NCBI GenBank assembly: GCA_029856125.1
Contig: JAHQWJ010000041.1
Span: 1 to 43,191 of the forward strand
Length of the DNA: 43,191 bases
Direction: 5' to 3'
Source of the DNA: Promethearchaeia archaeon
GTDB taxonomy: Archaea; Asgardarchaeota; Lokiarchaeia; Sigyniarchaeales; SOKP01
Each line of letters begins with the position of its first letter. Position 1 is the stretch's first letter. This document shows, piece after piece, positions 9,651-17,625 of the stretch. A program made the translations under genes and the position numbers. The notes under the pieces were generated by a model. That model was not told where the DNA came from. It saw only the letters and a list, made by a program, of their open reading frames with translations, and did no database searches.

Positions 9651-9944
9651 TTAATATCTCGACCACTTCTTTTTCTTTAAACTTCTTAACCTATTTTCTG
9701 GAATGCCAATGATTTTCGATCCATTAACCTCTAACATTCCATTATCAAGTGTAAATCTAAAAATATAATCTTTCTTGATGAATTTTTTTACTTCATTATT
9801 TTTTTCTGATATTAACATATTTTGAGTATCATCAATTACCACACCCACATCCATAAATTTTGAATGAGTTGGCTTAGACTTAAGCTTAGCTTGCGCTCTA
9901 AAACCTATCAAATCGTGGTATATCAAATACTTAGGGCTTATCAT
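9651..9944 (-). CDS. rnp1: Ribonuclease P protein component 1 (Rpp29/Pop4)
   Basis: HDLIG; GVVIDDTQNML; VNGSKIIGIPENRL; canonical slot between uL29 and uS17. Confidence 0.92.
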   Translation of the reverse strand: MISPKYLIYHDLIGFRAQAKLKSKPTHSKFMDVGVVIDDTQNMLISEKNNEVKKFIKKDYIFRFTLDNGMLEVNGSKIIGIPENRLRSLKKKKWSRY

Positions 9945-9955
9945 TATAATTTCAA

Positions 9956-10153
9956 CTATTTTTCTTCATTTATTACTGTAAGAATCCTTGCAATTTGTTT
10001 TCTCAGTAATTTCGCCTTCGCGGGATTATCTGCGATACCGCCACCGGTTTGTTGGCTGTATAACATCATCAATTCTTCTCTTAGGGTGATTAAACTTCTT
10101 TCTCTTTCTCGCTCATCCATTTCCCTGATTTTATTAGCGGTTATTATATCCAT
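9956..10153 (-). CDS. rpl29: 50S ribosomal protein uL29
   Basis: IREM...LREEL...NPAKAKLLRKQIARILTV. Confidence 0.95.
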   Translation of the reverse strand: MDIITANKIREMDERERERSLITLREELMMLYSQQTGGGIADNPAKAKLLRKQIARILTVINEEK

Positions 10154-10190
10154 ATTTTAGTCATCATCCATATTTTTATATTATATTATA

Positions 10191-10988
10191 TTATTCATCG
10201 CTATTTTCATCAGCATCTGTATCTACTTCTGGTTCCAGAGAAATTTCAGAAATTTCTTCCTCTTCGACTTCATCAAACAGTTCTTTTTCTTCTTCGCTTG
10301 GTTCTCTTACTTCCTCACTTATCTCAAGGTCTTTTTCCACTTTTGTTTTACTTAACTCGGCCTCTTTCTTTGCTTGAACTTTAGCTAATGCTTCGTAGTT
10401 TACTATTATTGTATCACCCATTCTTATGTCAGCGTGCATGATTTTCACAATTATCCCTAAAGTTCCAGACTTCATAATACACTGAGCTACTCCTTTATCT
10501 ACTCCTTCTTGAGCAGGTTGACCTGATTTTTTCATTGTACCGGCCCTAAACACGGTCGTTCTTGCTCTCTGTGAAGTTACCTTACCCGAAACGATGATTT
10601 CTGTACCTTTCGCTCCAGAATCCATGATTTTACGTAATATATAATAGCCTGCTCTTCTGTAATGCCTACCCCGGTCTAACGAATACGCTAAACGCTCCGC
10701 CATAATCTGTGCGTTCAAATCCGGGTTCTCAACCTCTTCTACTTCTATCTGAGGCATTTCTAGATCAAATTTTTCGTGCAGAATATCTGTTATCTCTTGA
10801 ATACGTTTTCCACCCTTACCAATTACAAGGCCTGGGCGAGATGTGCGGAGAGTGATTCTAACACCGAGAGGCGTTTTCTGTATATCAACACCTGCAAATC
10901 CTGCGCGAACAAGTTCAGATCTCAAATATTCGTTTATTTGCATTAACTTGATTCCTTGTTCGATAAAGTGTTTCGCTAATGGGCTCAT
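10191..10988 (-). CDS. rps3: 30S ribosomal protein uS3 with acidic C-terminal tail
   Basis: KH domain RPGLVIGKGGKRI; LNAQIMAERLA; GAKGTEIIVSGK. Confidence 0.97.
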   Translation of the reverse strand: MSPLAKHFIEQGIKLMQINEYLRSELVRAGFAGVDIQKTPLGVRITLRTSRPGLVIGKGGKRIQEITDILHEKFDLEMPQIEVEEVENPDLNAQIMAERLAYSLDRGRHYRRAGYYILRKIMDSGAKGTEIIVSGKVTSQRARTTVFRAGTMKKSGQPAQEGVDKGVAQCIMKSGTLGIIVKIMHADIRMGDTIIVNYEALAKVQAKKEAELSKTKVEKDLEISEEVREPSEEEKELFDEVEEEEISEISLEPEVDTDADENSDE

Positions 10989-11027
10989 GATAACTACTTT
11001 TTTTGATAATTTTGATTAATTTTAATT

Positions 11028-11516
11028 TTAACTTGGAAATTCGTACACTACAATTTCTACGTGACTTAAATGCCCAAACTTAGGAGAAGATCGACCGTGA
11101 GCTCGTTGAATATAGCGCTTTATTATTCTTCCTCTGTGAGTTGCTGCGTGAATAATTCTACATTGTTCAGTATCTAACCCTTTAAATTCTGCATTTGATT
11201 CTACGGAAGTAAGAATTTCATAAATTCTCGCAGCGGTTTTTTGGGGATATCTACCAGCATACCAGTTATATTGTTTCAAGTCTTTTCTGTGAGCTTGTTT
11301 CTTTTTATGTCTTCTAAATGGTACGGATTGTTTAAGTTGAATAACTTTCTCTAGATACCTCTTGGCTTGCTCTAGCTTCATACCTTTAATTACAGCACAA
11401 ACTTCTCTTGCAGGTTTTGGTTTTATTCGCAAGTCTCTTCCCGAAGCTTTAGCTAACCTGTCTGCATCATATTTTTGCTCTACGAAAGAATAACCCCAGT
11501 TAGGCATTTTTATCAT
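11028..11516 (-). CDS. rpl22: 50S ribosomal protein uL22
   Basis: AREVCAVIKGM; GRYPQK; RAHGRSSP. The start may be the later Met (MPNWGY). Confidence 0.96.
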   Translation of the reverse strand: MIKMPNWGYSFVEQKYDADRLAKASGRDLRIKPKPAREVCAVIKGMKLEQAKRYLEKVIQLKQSVPFRRHKKKQAHRKDLKQYNWYAGRYPQKTAARIYEILTSVESNAEFKGLDTEQCRIIHAATHRGRIIKRYIQRAHGRSSPKFGHLSHVEIVVYEFPS

Positions 11517-11533
11517 CTTTTATATTATTTTAA

Positions 11534-12091
11534 TTATTTTAATGGAACATACTTACTAGAACGTGTGGCTCCAATTCCTGGCGACCCATGTTGAACATGT
11601 CTTCTAGTTAATGAGAATTCTCCTAGATAATGACCAATCATTTCAGGTTTTACTTCTACTATTTCGTAGGATTTCCCGTTATAGACACCAATTTGCAAAC
11701 CAACCATCTCTGGGAAGATTATCATATCTCTAACATGCGTCCGGGTAAGAATATCCTTTCCTCTTTTCTTAGCTCTATACGACCTTCTTAACCTTTCAAG
11801 AAGTTTTTTTTGTCTGGGAGGTAGCCCTCTTCTTAACGATCTTCGCGCTCTCGCTGGTAGTAGACTAACAAATTCGTCCATATTCATCTTCTTCAGGGCT
11901 TCTAAAGTATGGCCTCTATAGTGAAATTTGAGTCTATCTCTTTCTTTCACTAGGTCTAAATCTTTATCTTTTGCTAAGTCCAATTCCTTTTCTTTTGTTT
12001 CTTCATCAATTTTTTCTGAAGGTTTTTCAGTAGTTTCATCCGGTGTCGTTTCTTTTTGTTCTTCATCGTTCTGTTCTTCATTTGGAGCCAT
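11534..12091 (-). CDS. rps19: 30S ribosomal protein uS19 with long acidic N-terminal extension
   Basis: FHYRG; [15 protein letters not shown]; GHYLGEFS; [15 protein letters not shown]. Confidence 0.96.
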   Translation of the reverse strand: MAPNEEQNDEEQKETTPDETTEKPSEKIDEETKEKELDLAKDKDLDLVKERDRLKFHYRGHTLEALKKMNMDEFVSLLPARARRSLRRGLPPRQKKLLERLRRSYRAKKRGKDILTRTHVRDMIIFPEMVGLQIGVYNGKSYEIVEVKPEMIGHYLGEFSLTRRHVQHGSPGIGATRSSKYVPLK

Positions 12092-12227
12092 TTTTCCACC
12101 AACCTAGTTGTTCCATTCAATATATTATGTTAATTTTTTACGCTAGTTGTAACACGTGTAATGAAATTAGTTATCTATCAAATTTGAATTTTATTAAAAC
12201 CAGAGAACCAAAAACCAAAAACTTAAA

Positions 12228-12273
12228 AGGTTGCGATTTGACCTTCGAGGAAAATTGTAATATCGCTAAACCT
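12228..12273. other. Imperfect hairpin in the gap between the cupin gene and the ribosomal operon (candidate terminator or leader structure)
   Basis: AGGTT-GCGAT (12228-12237) pairs with ATCGC..AACCT (12262-12273), with an inner CCT-TCG-AGG hairpin. T-rich runs follow on the minus strand. Confidence 0.35.
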
Positions 12274-12326
12274 CAATTTTTATCGATGTAGTTAAGGTGA
12301 GAATTTCACGTTTCGTTCACGATTGT

Positions 12327-13001
12327 TTAGTAATAATTATTTGGATTATATACTCTAACAATATCTTCTTCATCAAATTTTCCACTCCATCGTTCTTCGA
12401 CAATAACAAATTGCTCAGGATCGTTATTAGGATTCAGTATCGAATGATACATCATTTTATCGTTTACGAATTTCGTTCCTGCTAACACAAAATAATAAAC
12501 TCTGTTCGCATTTATAACGATTGGCTTACCTTTTAAAATCCTCCACACTTCGGTTCTGAATTTGTGTGTCTGGATTGAAATACCTATCCCCGGTTTAATA
12601 TATATTAAACTGTAGTCTGGATAGGTGAATTTGATGCTGTACCATTTATTTAGTACTTCAAGGAACCCATTTGGAACGTCAAATTTCTTCCTGAATTGTA
12701 TGGGGTCAATTTTTGCTTTTTCAGATAATTCAAATTTATAGGGGTTATAAATCGTTCTGTGATTAGAAAAATCGTTACTATAACTAACTTCTATTTTCTC
12801 ATCGGTTTTATTAATCAACATGTAACAATCGTTTGGTTTTATAACCAAATTAGTTTTTTTTAGATTTTGAGAGTAAAAATTATTGCCATTTATTAGAAAG
12901 ATGTTTTCCAGATAATTAGAATCTAGGATTATCATAAGTTCTTTCTGGTCGTTTTTTCTAAGGATTGTTCCTCTACCCGGTTGAATGATTTCTTCCTTCA
13001 T
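12327..13001 (-). CDS. Cupin protein with a C-terminal domain resembling the type II phosphomannose isomerase cupin
   Basis: ISIQTHKFRTEVW, YHSILNP and EEDIVR resemble the LSLQxHxxRxEHW, HRLxNP and EDDIVR motifs of the ManC/PMI-II C-terminal domain. Confidence 0.65.
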   Translation of the reverse strand: MKEEIIQPGRGTILRKNDQKELMIILDSNYLENIFLINGNNFYSQNLKKTNLVIKPNDCYMLINKTDEKIEVSYSNDFSNHRTIYNPYKFELSEKAKIDPIQFRKKFDVPNGFLEVLNKWYSIKFTYPDYSLIYIKPGIGISIQTHKFRTEVWRILKGKPIVINANRVYYFVLAGTKFVNDKMMYHSILNPNNDPEQFVIVEERWSGKFDEEDIVRVYNPNNYY

Positions 13002-13019
13002 ATAACCAACCTTTGACTT

Positions 13020-13982
13020 TTATATTCGACTATATTCTTTAAATTGCTCTTTAATTTCGTTTAAATACGGTAATGATGCTTGCGCTCCTTTTCGAGTGAC
13101 TGATATAGAAGCAGCAGCCGATGCGTATTTTACAGATGTTATTAGATTCTCGCCTTGGTTTAACATACTTGCTATTACTCCATTAAAACAATCGCCAGCG
13201 CCAACGGTATCAACTGTCTGAACGTTTAAGGCAGGGATATCTGTGATTCTATCTTTTTTTGCATCATATATTAATGACCCCTTGCTCCCAAGTGTTGTTA
13301 TAATTATGTTCACACCATATTCTGATATATCTCTGGACGCTTGAATTATCCGTTCTTTTTTCTCACCCTTCAGATCTTTAAAGTTCAATAATGAATGTAA
13401 ACGTAATAGTTCTCCCTCGTTGGGGATTAGAATGTCCACATTTCTTAAGATTGAATGAGTAATTGGTCTTAAAGGCGCAGGATTAAGAATTTTTATACAG
13501 TTGCCTTGAGCTGCCATTTTAAAAATCTCTTCAATAGTTGCTGATGGGATTTCCATCTGAACAACTAGAGAGTTGGCGTTTCTAATAATTTCATCGTTTG
13601 CTTTAACATCATTGGGTGTTAAATTGAAATTAGCTCCAGGTGCCACACTAATCATATTTTCACCAGTTTTATCTATCAAAATAAAAGCAACACCGCTTAA
13701 TTCGCTGGAATCCCTAATAATGTGTTCAATATTAATTCCCTCGGATTTTAATTGAGAAATCATTTGGTCTCCAAATGCGTCTGTTCCAATTTTACCAATA
13801 AAGATAGTTTTGGAACCGGACCTAGCTGAAGCAACTGCTTGATTCGCGCCCTTTCCTCCTAAGAATTGCTTAAAAACGCCTCCAGTTACCGTTTCTCCGG
13901 GATTAGGAAATCTTTCAGAGTATATATTCAAATCCATATTGCTTGAACCGACGATAAGAACGTAGCGATCGAGATTTGACAT
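13020..13982 (-). CDS. rbsK: Ribokinase (PfkB family)
   Basis: GSSNMDL; GGKGANQAVA; LNPAP; PNEGE; DTVGAGDCFNG. Confidence 0.93.
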   Translation of the reverse strand: MSNLDRYVLIVGSSNMDLNIYSERFPNPGETVTGGVFKQFLGGKGANQAVASARSGSKTIFIGKIGTDAFGDQMISQLKSEGINIEHIIRDSSELSGVAFILIDKTGENMISVAPGANFNLTPNDVKANDEIIRNANSLVVQMEIPSATIEEIFKMAAQGNCIKILNPAPLRPITHSILRNVDILIPNEGELLRLHSLLNFKDLKGEKKERIIQASRDISEYGVNIIITTLGSKGSLIYDAKKDRITDIPALNVQTVDTVGAGDCFNGVIASMLNQGENLITSVKYASAAASISVTRKGAQASLPYLNEIKEQFKEYSRI

Positions 13983-14159
13983 GGTTTACCTTTTATAAAA
14001 ACGATTCATTAAATCATAATTTCTTTTATAATATCAAATTATGGATCATCACAATTAAAACCAAATGATCCTTAACGAATGGTTTTAATTTAATATAATT
14101 TTAAAAACAATAATAAGCAAGATAACCTTGCTTGAAAATTTTTAAAAAAAATTCATAAA

Positions 14160-14486
14160 GTGTTTAATATGGCAAAAGATAAGATAATTGGAGCAATAGT
14201 TATGGTTCTTGGCATCTTAATCGCTATTATCTACACCATGGGAAGTGTTATTGACTTATGGTTTGCTACCATAGGGGATAATCCAGGGTGGGATGCAGCG
14301 TTTAGATTATTTGGTATCGATTGGCTCGATTACAGACTATTTACCGTCCTACCACTCTGGATTATGGTTCTTCTAATAGCGATTATAGCTATTTGGATTG
14401 GATATTCCATGCTCACCACTCCAGCACCTGTTCCGCTCGAGGAATTGGAAGAGGAATTAGCTGCTGAAGAAGAATCCGGAGCCTAG
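14160..14486 (+). CDS. Small 2-TM membrane protein with acidic helical tail (possibly DPM3-like)
   Basis: Two hydrophobic segments, then WIGYSMLTTPAPVPLEELEEEL. Likely start is the ATG at 14169. Confidence 0.7.
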   Translation: MFNMAKDKIIGAIVMVLGILIAIIYTMGSVIDLWFATIGDNPGWDAAFRLFGIDWLDYRLFTVLPLWIMVLLIAIIAIWIGYSMLTTPAPVPLEELEEELAAEEESGA

Positions 14487-14541
14487 AAAGAAAATTATTT
14501 ACATTTTTTATTTTTTTTATTTTAAAATTAAGGATCTGATT

Positions 14542-15282
14542 CTAAAAGTTTAAATTCGTAAAGTTCATGTCCAAATTTGCTAAATTAATTTGAATTAATG
14601 AATAATTAGGAATTTCTATAGCGCTAGTAGTAAGGGGGGTTGTGCTTACGATAACTTCGTTGTTATCTCGACTTATAAACAAAGTATGGTGGCGACCGTT
14701 AAAATTCGTATTGTGATTAGTGATCACATTACACACCTGTGAATTAAAGAGAAACGCGTTGGCACCGGCGCCAATTTCAATTTCTTTAAAGACAAGTTCC
14801 AAACCACTCTTTAAATCTTTACCTTCTTGTATTTGGTCAATTATTGAACATAAATACTTTCGAGTATCTAAATCGGTTTCCTTATAAATTCTATTCAATT
14901 TTGGGTTAGGTAGTTTTTTTTCAGGAAAATTTTTGATTATGCCGTTGTGGGTAATTAGATACTTTTCACCGATATTTATTGGGTGTACATTATCAAATTT
15001 CCTCTTCCATGGGAGTGTTTTCCTTGCGTGAACTAAAAGAAATCGAGTTTTAATCTTGGCAAGGTTTTCCCAATCAGCGTGGTAAATTGGGTTAATATCA
15101 CGCTTAATTACGAGTTCCTTATTATTTTCTGAGAGATAAGCAAACCCCCAGCCTAAGCTATGGTGTCCAAATATGTCATACCTTCTAAAATAACGCATTC
15201 GACATGTTGCAATAAATTGTTTTAAAATTTCATAATTTATATGAAATGGTTCAAGAGAGCACTTGAAGAACATGCGACACAT
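14542..15282 (-). CDS. Class II (Ntn) glutamine amidotransferase-like protein, YafJ/EgtC-like
   Basis: N-terminal MCRM with Cys2 nucleophile; H..GWGFAY; HARK; NVHP; HNGII. Confidence 0.85.
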   Translation of the reverse strand: MCRMFFKCSLEPFHINYEILKQFIATCRMRYFRRYDIFGHHSLGWGFAYLSENNKELVIKRDINPIYHADWENLAKIKTRFLLVHARKTLPWKRKFDNVHPINIGEKYLITHNGIIKNFPEKKLPNPKLNRIYKETDLDTRKYLCSIIDQIQEGKDLKSGLELVFKEIEIGAGANAFLFNSQVCNVITNHNTNFNGRHHTLFISRDNNEVIVSTTPLTTSAIEIPNYSLIQINLANLDMNFTNLNF

Positions 15283-15320
15283 AGTTTCTCAATCAGAAGT
15301 TTTTTATCTAAATAAGGAAA

Positions 15321-16442
15321 TTAAGACTTACCTAAAAAGTACGCGAATAAAGAACCGTCGTCGTGACAAGTAATTAGAGTTTTTTTGTCTAAATCGAATT
15401 TTGCGTCATTAACACACGATTTCTTTTTAATTTCTGCTAGGATTTTACCCGTATTATCTTCAATGAGTAGTATTTTACCCTTAGTTGTACCAATGATAAA
15501 AAATTTAAGTTCTTTTAAGGTAACATGTAATACTTTTTCTACATTTATATTATCAATTTCCCAAGTCCTATCCAAATCTTGATTAAAGCACATCAATTTA
15601 GAGTTAAACTCGAGGTCATCGACGTTTATCTGACTATCAAAAAAATCAAAAGAATAGGTACTAACAAGTAGATTATATTTCTTCATAGATTCAAATTGAG
15701 AACATTTCCAGACGTACTCTTGGTATTGAATTGTTTTTGTTTCATTGTGAGAATTTTTCTCTATGAAGTGAAGCATCTTATCGTCTCCTCCACACACAAT
15801 AAATTCTTTTTTATTTGATTTGAAAAGGGAAACGCAGCGAATTTTATCCGTATAACGCTTAAACCAAGATAGTTCGCCGTTCATTCCTTTAAAAATTCTT
15901 ACTGTCCCATCATTTCCGATAGCAATGACTTCTTTCAGAGCGGGTTCTGAAGTATCTTGCCAAACTATAGCGTCCCCAATTCCATCTTCAAACAATTGCC
16001 CCCAAATTAAGGATCCGTCTAATGGATTTAAAACCCTCAAACTTTTATCTATAGAGTATGCAATAATTTCATTCATATTATCATTATTTATATCAGATAT
16101 AAAAAATCCGCTAATAGATGCCCCAAATTGATGTTTCCAGAAGGTTTCCAATTCGTAGGAAGAATTACATTTAAAGACGCTTAATAGGCCGTCTAATCCA
16201 CACAAAATCACTTCATTTTTATTGTCACTATCGATATCTCTTACTTCCACTTTCCAAATGGATGATTTTTCCGCTATTTTTTTATCCGCTAAAACTTTTC
16301 CGGCTAAAGAAAGAATCAATAGTCTTCCTGATTTTGAAGCTGCTAGAATTTCATTTCGACCGTTATTATTGACATCTCCAATTTCAATTTGTAGAATAGG
16401 TTCATCAATTCGATACTGCCACTTTTCTTCTAAATCGATCAT
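15321..16442 (-). CDS. Cytoplasmic beta-propeller protein with FG-GAP/VCBS-like and WD40-like blades
   Basis: Repeated GDVNNNGRNEIL, DIDSDNKNEVIL and SDINNDNMNEII blades; GGDDKMLHF and DDGSLFAY blades; no signal peptide. Confidence 0.8.
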   Translation of the reverse strand: MIDLEEKWQYRIDEPILQIEIGDVNNNGRNEILAASKSGRLLILSLAGKVLADKKIAEKSSIWKVEVRDIDSDNKNEVILCGLDGLLSVFKCNSSYELETFWKHQFGASISGFFISDINNDNMNEIIAYSIDKSLRVLNPLDGSLIWGQLFEDGIGDAIVWQDTSEPALKEVIAIGNDGTVRIFKGMNGELSWFKRYTDKIRCVSLFKSNKKEFIVCGGDDKMLHFIEKNSHNETKTIQYQEYVWKCSQFESMKKYNLLVSTYSFDFFDSQINVDDLEFNSKLMCFNQDLDRTWEIDNINVEKVLHVTLKELKFFIIGTTKGKILLIEDNTGKILAEIKKKSCVNDAKFDLDKKTLITCHDDGSLFAYFLGKS

Positions 16443-16582
16443 TTGTATACTTTCTAATCTATTATTGCTTAATTATTCTACAATATCGATATAATCAATT
16501 ATGATAAATAAGATATAATTATAAATAAAAATAAATTAATCTCTATTTAATTACTTAAATTTCGGTTTAAAAGTGATATAAT

Positions 16583-17017
16583 ATGTCAGAAGAAAGAAAT
16601 ATAGATCCTTTTTCGTTATTGATTTTAGTCCTTAGCATCATCGCAATTGTAACGGAGATAATAGGTCCTTTCGCAGGTTTCTACCTAGGCGGGGGTAACT
16701 ATAGATATTCGTGTTTGGATTGTGAATATAGTACGGGTGCTGATTTAATACTTCAATACATAATTCTAATACTACTCGTGATTCAAGTAGTCATTGCTTT
16801 GAACGAATTACTACCAAAAAAATTTATTCCTTTGGATGTTACCAAATACGGCATGTATTTAGCAATTTTAACTTGGATCTTTGCTATTATTGGACTTGCC
16901 TCTTTTGGAATAGCCTATGGCGCTTATGATTGGTGGCCCGAATTAGGTTTTTATGGAATCGTAGTAGGTGGTCTTCTTAATACAATCCTATTCTTTTTAA
17001 AAGAAAGAAATAAATAA
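16583..17017 (+). CDS. 4-TM membrane protein with CxxC in the first loop
   Basis: Four hydrophobic segments; loop 1 contains YSCLDC. Confidence 0.75.
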   Translation: MSEERNIDPFSLLILVLSIIAIVTEIIGPFAGFYLGGGNYRYSCLDCEYSTGADLILQYIILILLVIQVVIALNELLPKKFIPLDVTKYGMYLAILTWIFAIIGLASFGIAYGAYDWWPELGFYGIVVGGLLNTILFFLKERNK

Positions 17018-17204
17018 TTCTTTTTTTTTTTAATCAGCAAATTTATAATAAATCTCCTAAATTTTCTCTAAATTATCTTTAATCATTTCGTAAAATAAGA
17101 ACGAAATTTAAATCTTTTACATAATTCTCATAAACAAGGTAATTATTTTATCAATTCGATAATTACTTAATTACGAAAAAAAATAGATAAGGAGTCGAAA
17201 ACGA

Positions 17205-17402
17205 ATGAGCTTTCAAATTAAGCTAGATTTAGATGGTTGCACTGGTTGTGGAACTTGTTACGAAGTCTGCCCAAGTGAATGTTTCGGGGAACCAGAAGGT
17301 GGAAAGGTAAATGTTATCGAAGACAATAGAGATGATTGCGTCGGTTGCAGAGCATGTGAAACCCAGTGTCCTGAAGAAGTAATTGAGATTATTGAAGAAT
17401 AA
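17205..17402 (+). CDS. 2[4Fe-4S] ferredoxin
   Basis: CTGCGTCYEVCP and CVGCRACETQCP; upstream AAGGAG ribosome-binding site. Confidence 0.95.
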   Translation: MSFQIKLDLDGCTGCGTCYEVCPSECFGEPEGGKVNVIEDNRDDCVGCRACETQCPEEVIEIIEE

Positions 17403-17502
17403 ATATTTAAAAAATCTCTTAGATATTTTAGTGAATTTTTTTTTTTTAACTTATTTTTAAATTTCTTTTTTTGATGTTACAATGATGTTTTAAGGAATAA
17501 GA

Positions 17503-17524
17503 TCGTGAAACCGGCCTTTCACGA
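17503..17524. repeat. Perfect 8-bp inverted repeat between convergent genes
   Basis: TCGTGAAA-CCGGCC-TTTCACGA, GC-richer than its AT-rich spacer. Confidence 0.5.
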
Positions 17525-17625
17525 ATAAAGTAATTTATTTAGATTATATGCTGGTATATCCTCTGATATTATTATTTGAAAAAGTTACGATTTGAATAAA
17601 ATTTTTAGAAATTAGTATTTAAAAT

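Noticed and set aside
12043-12291. 82-aa + strand ORF across the gap upstream of the ribosomal operon
   Set aside because: It overlaps the rps19 start, uses a non-ATG start and has no motif. The region is better explained as regulatory.
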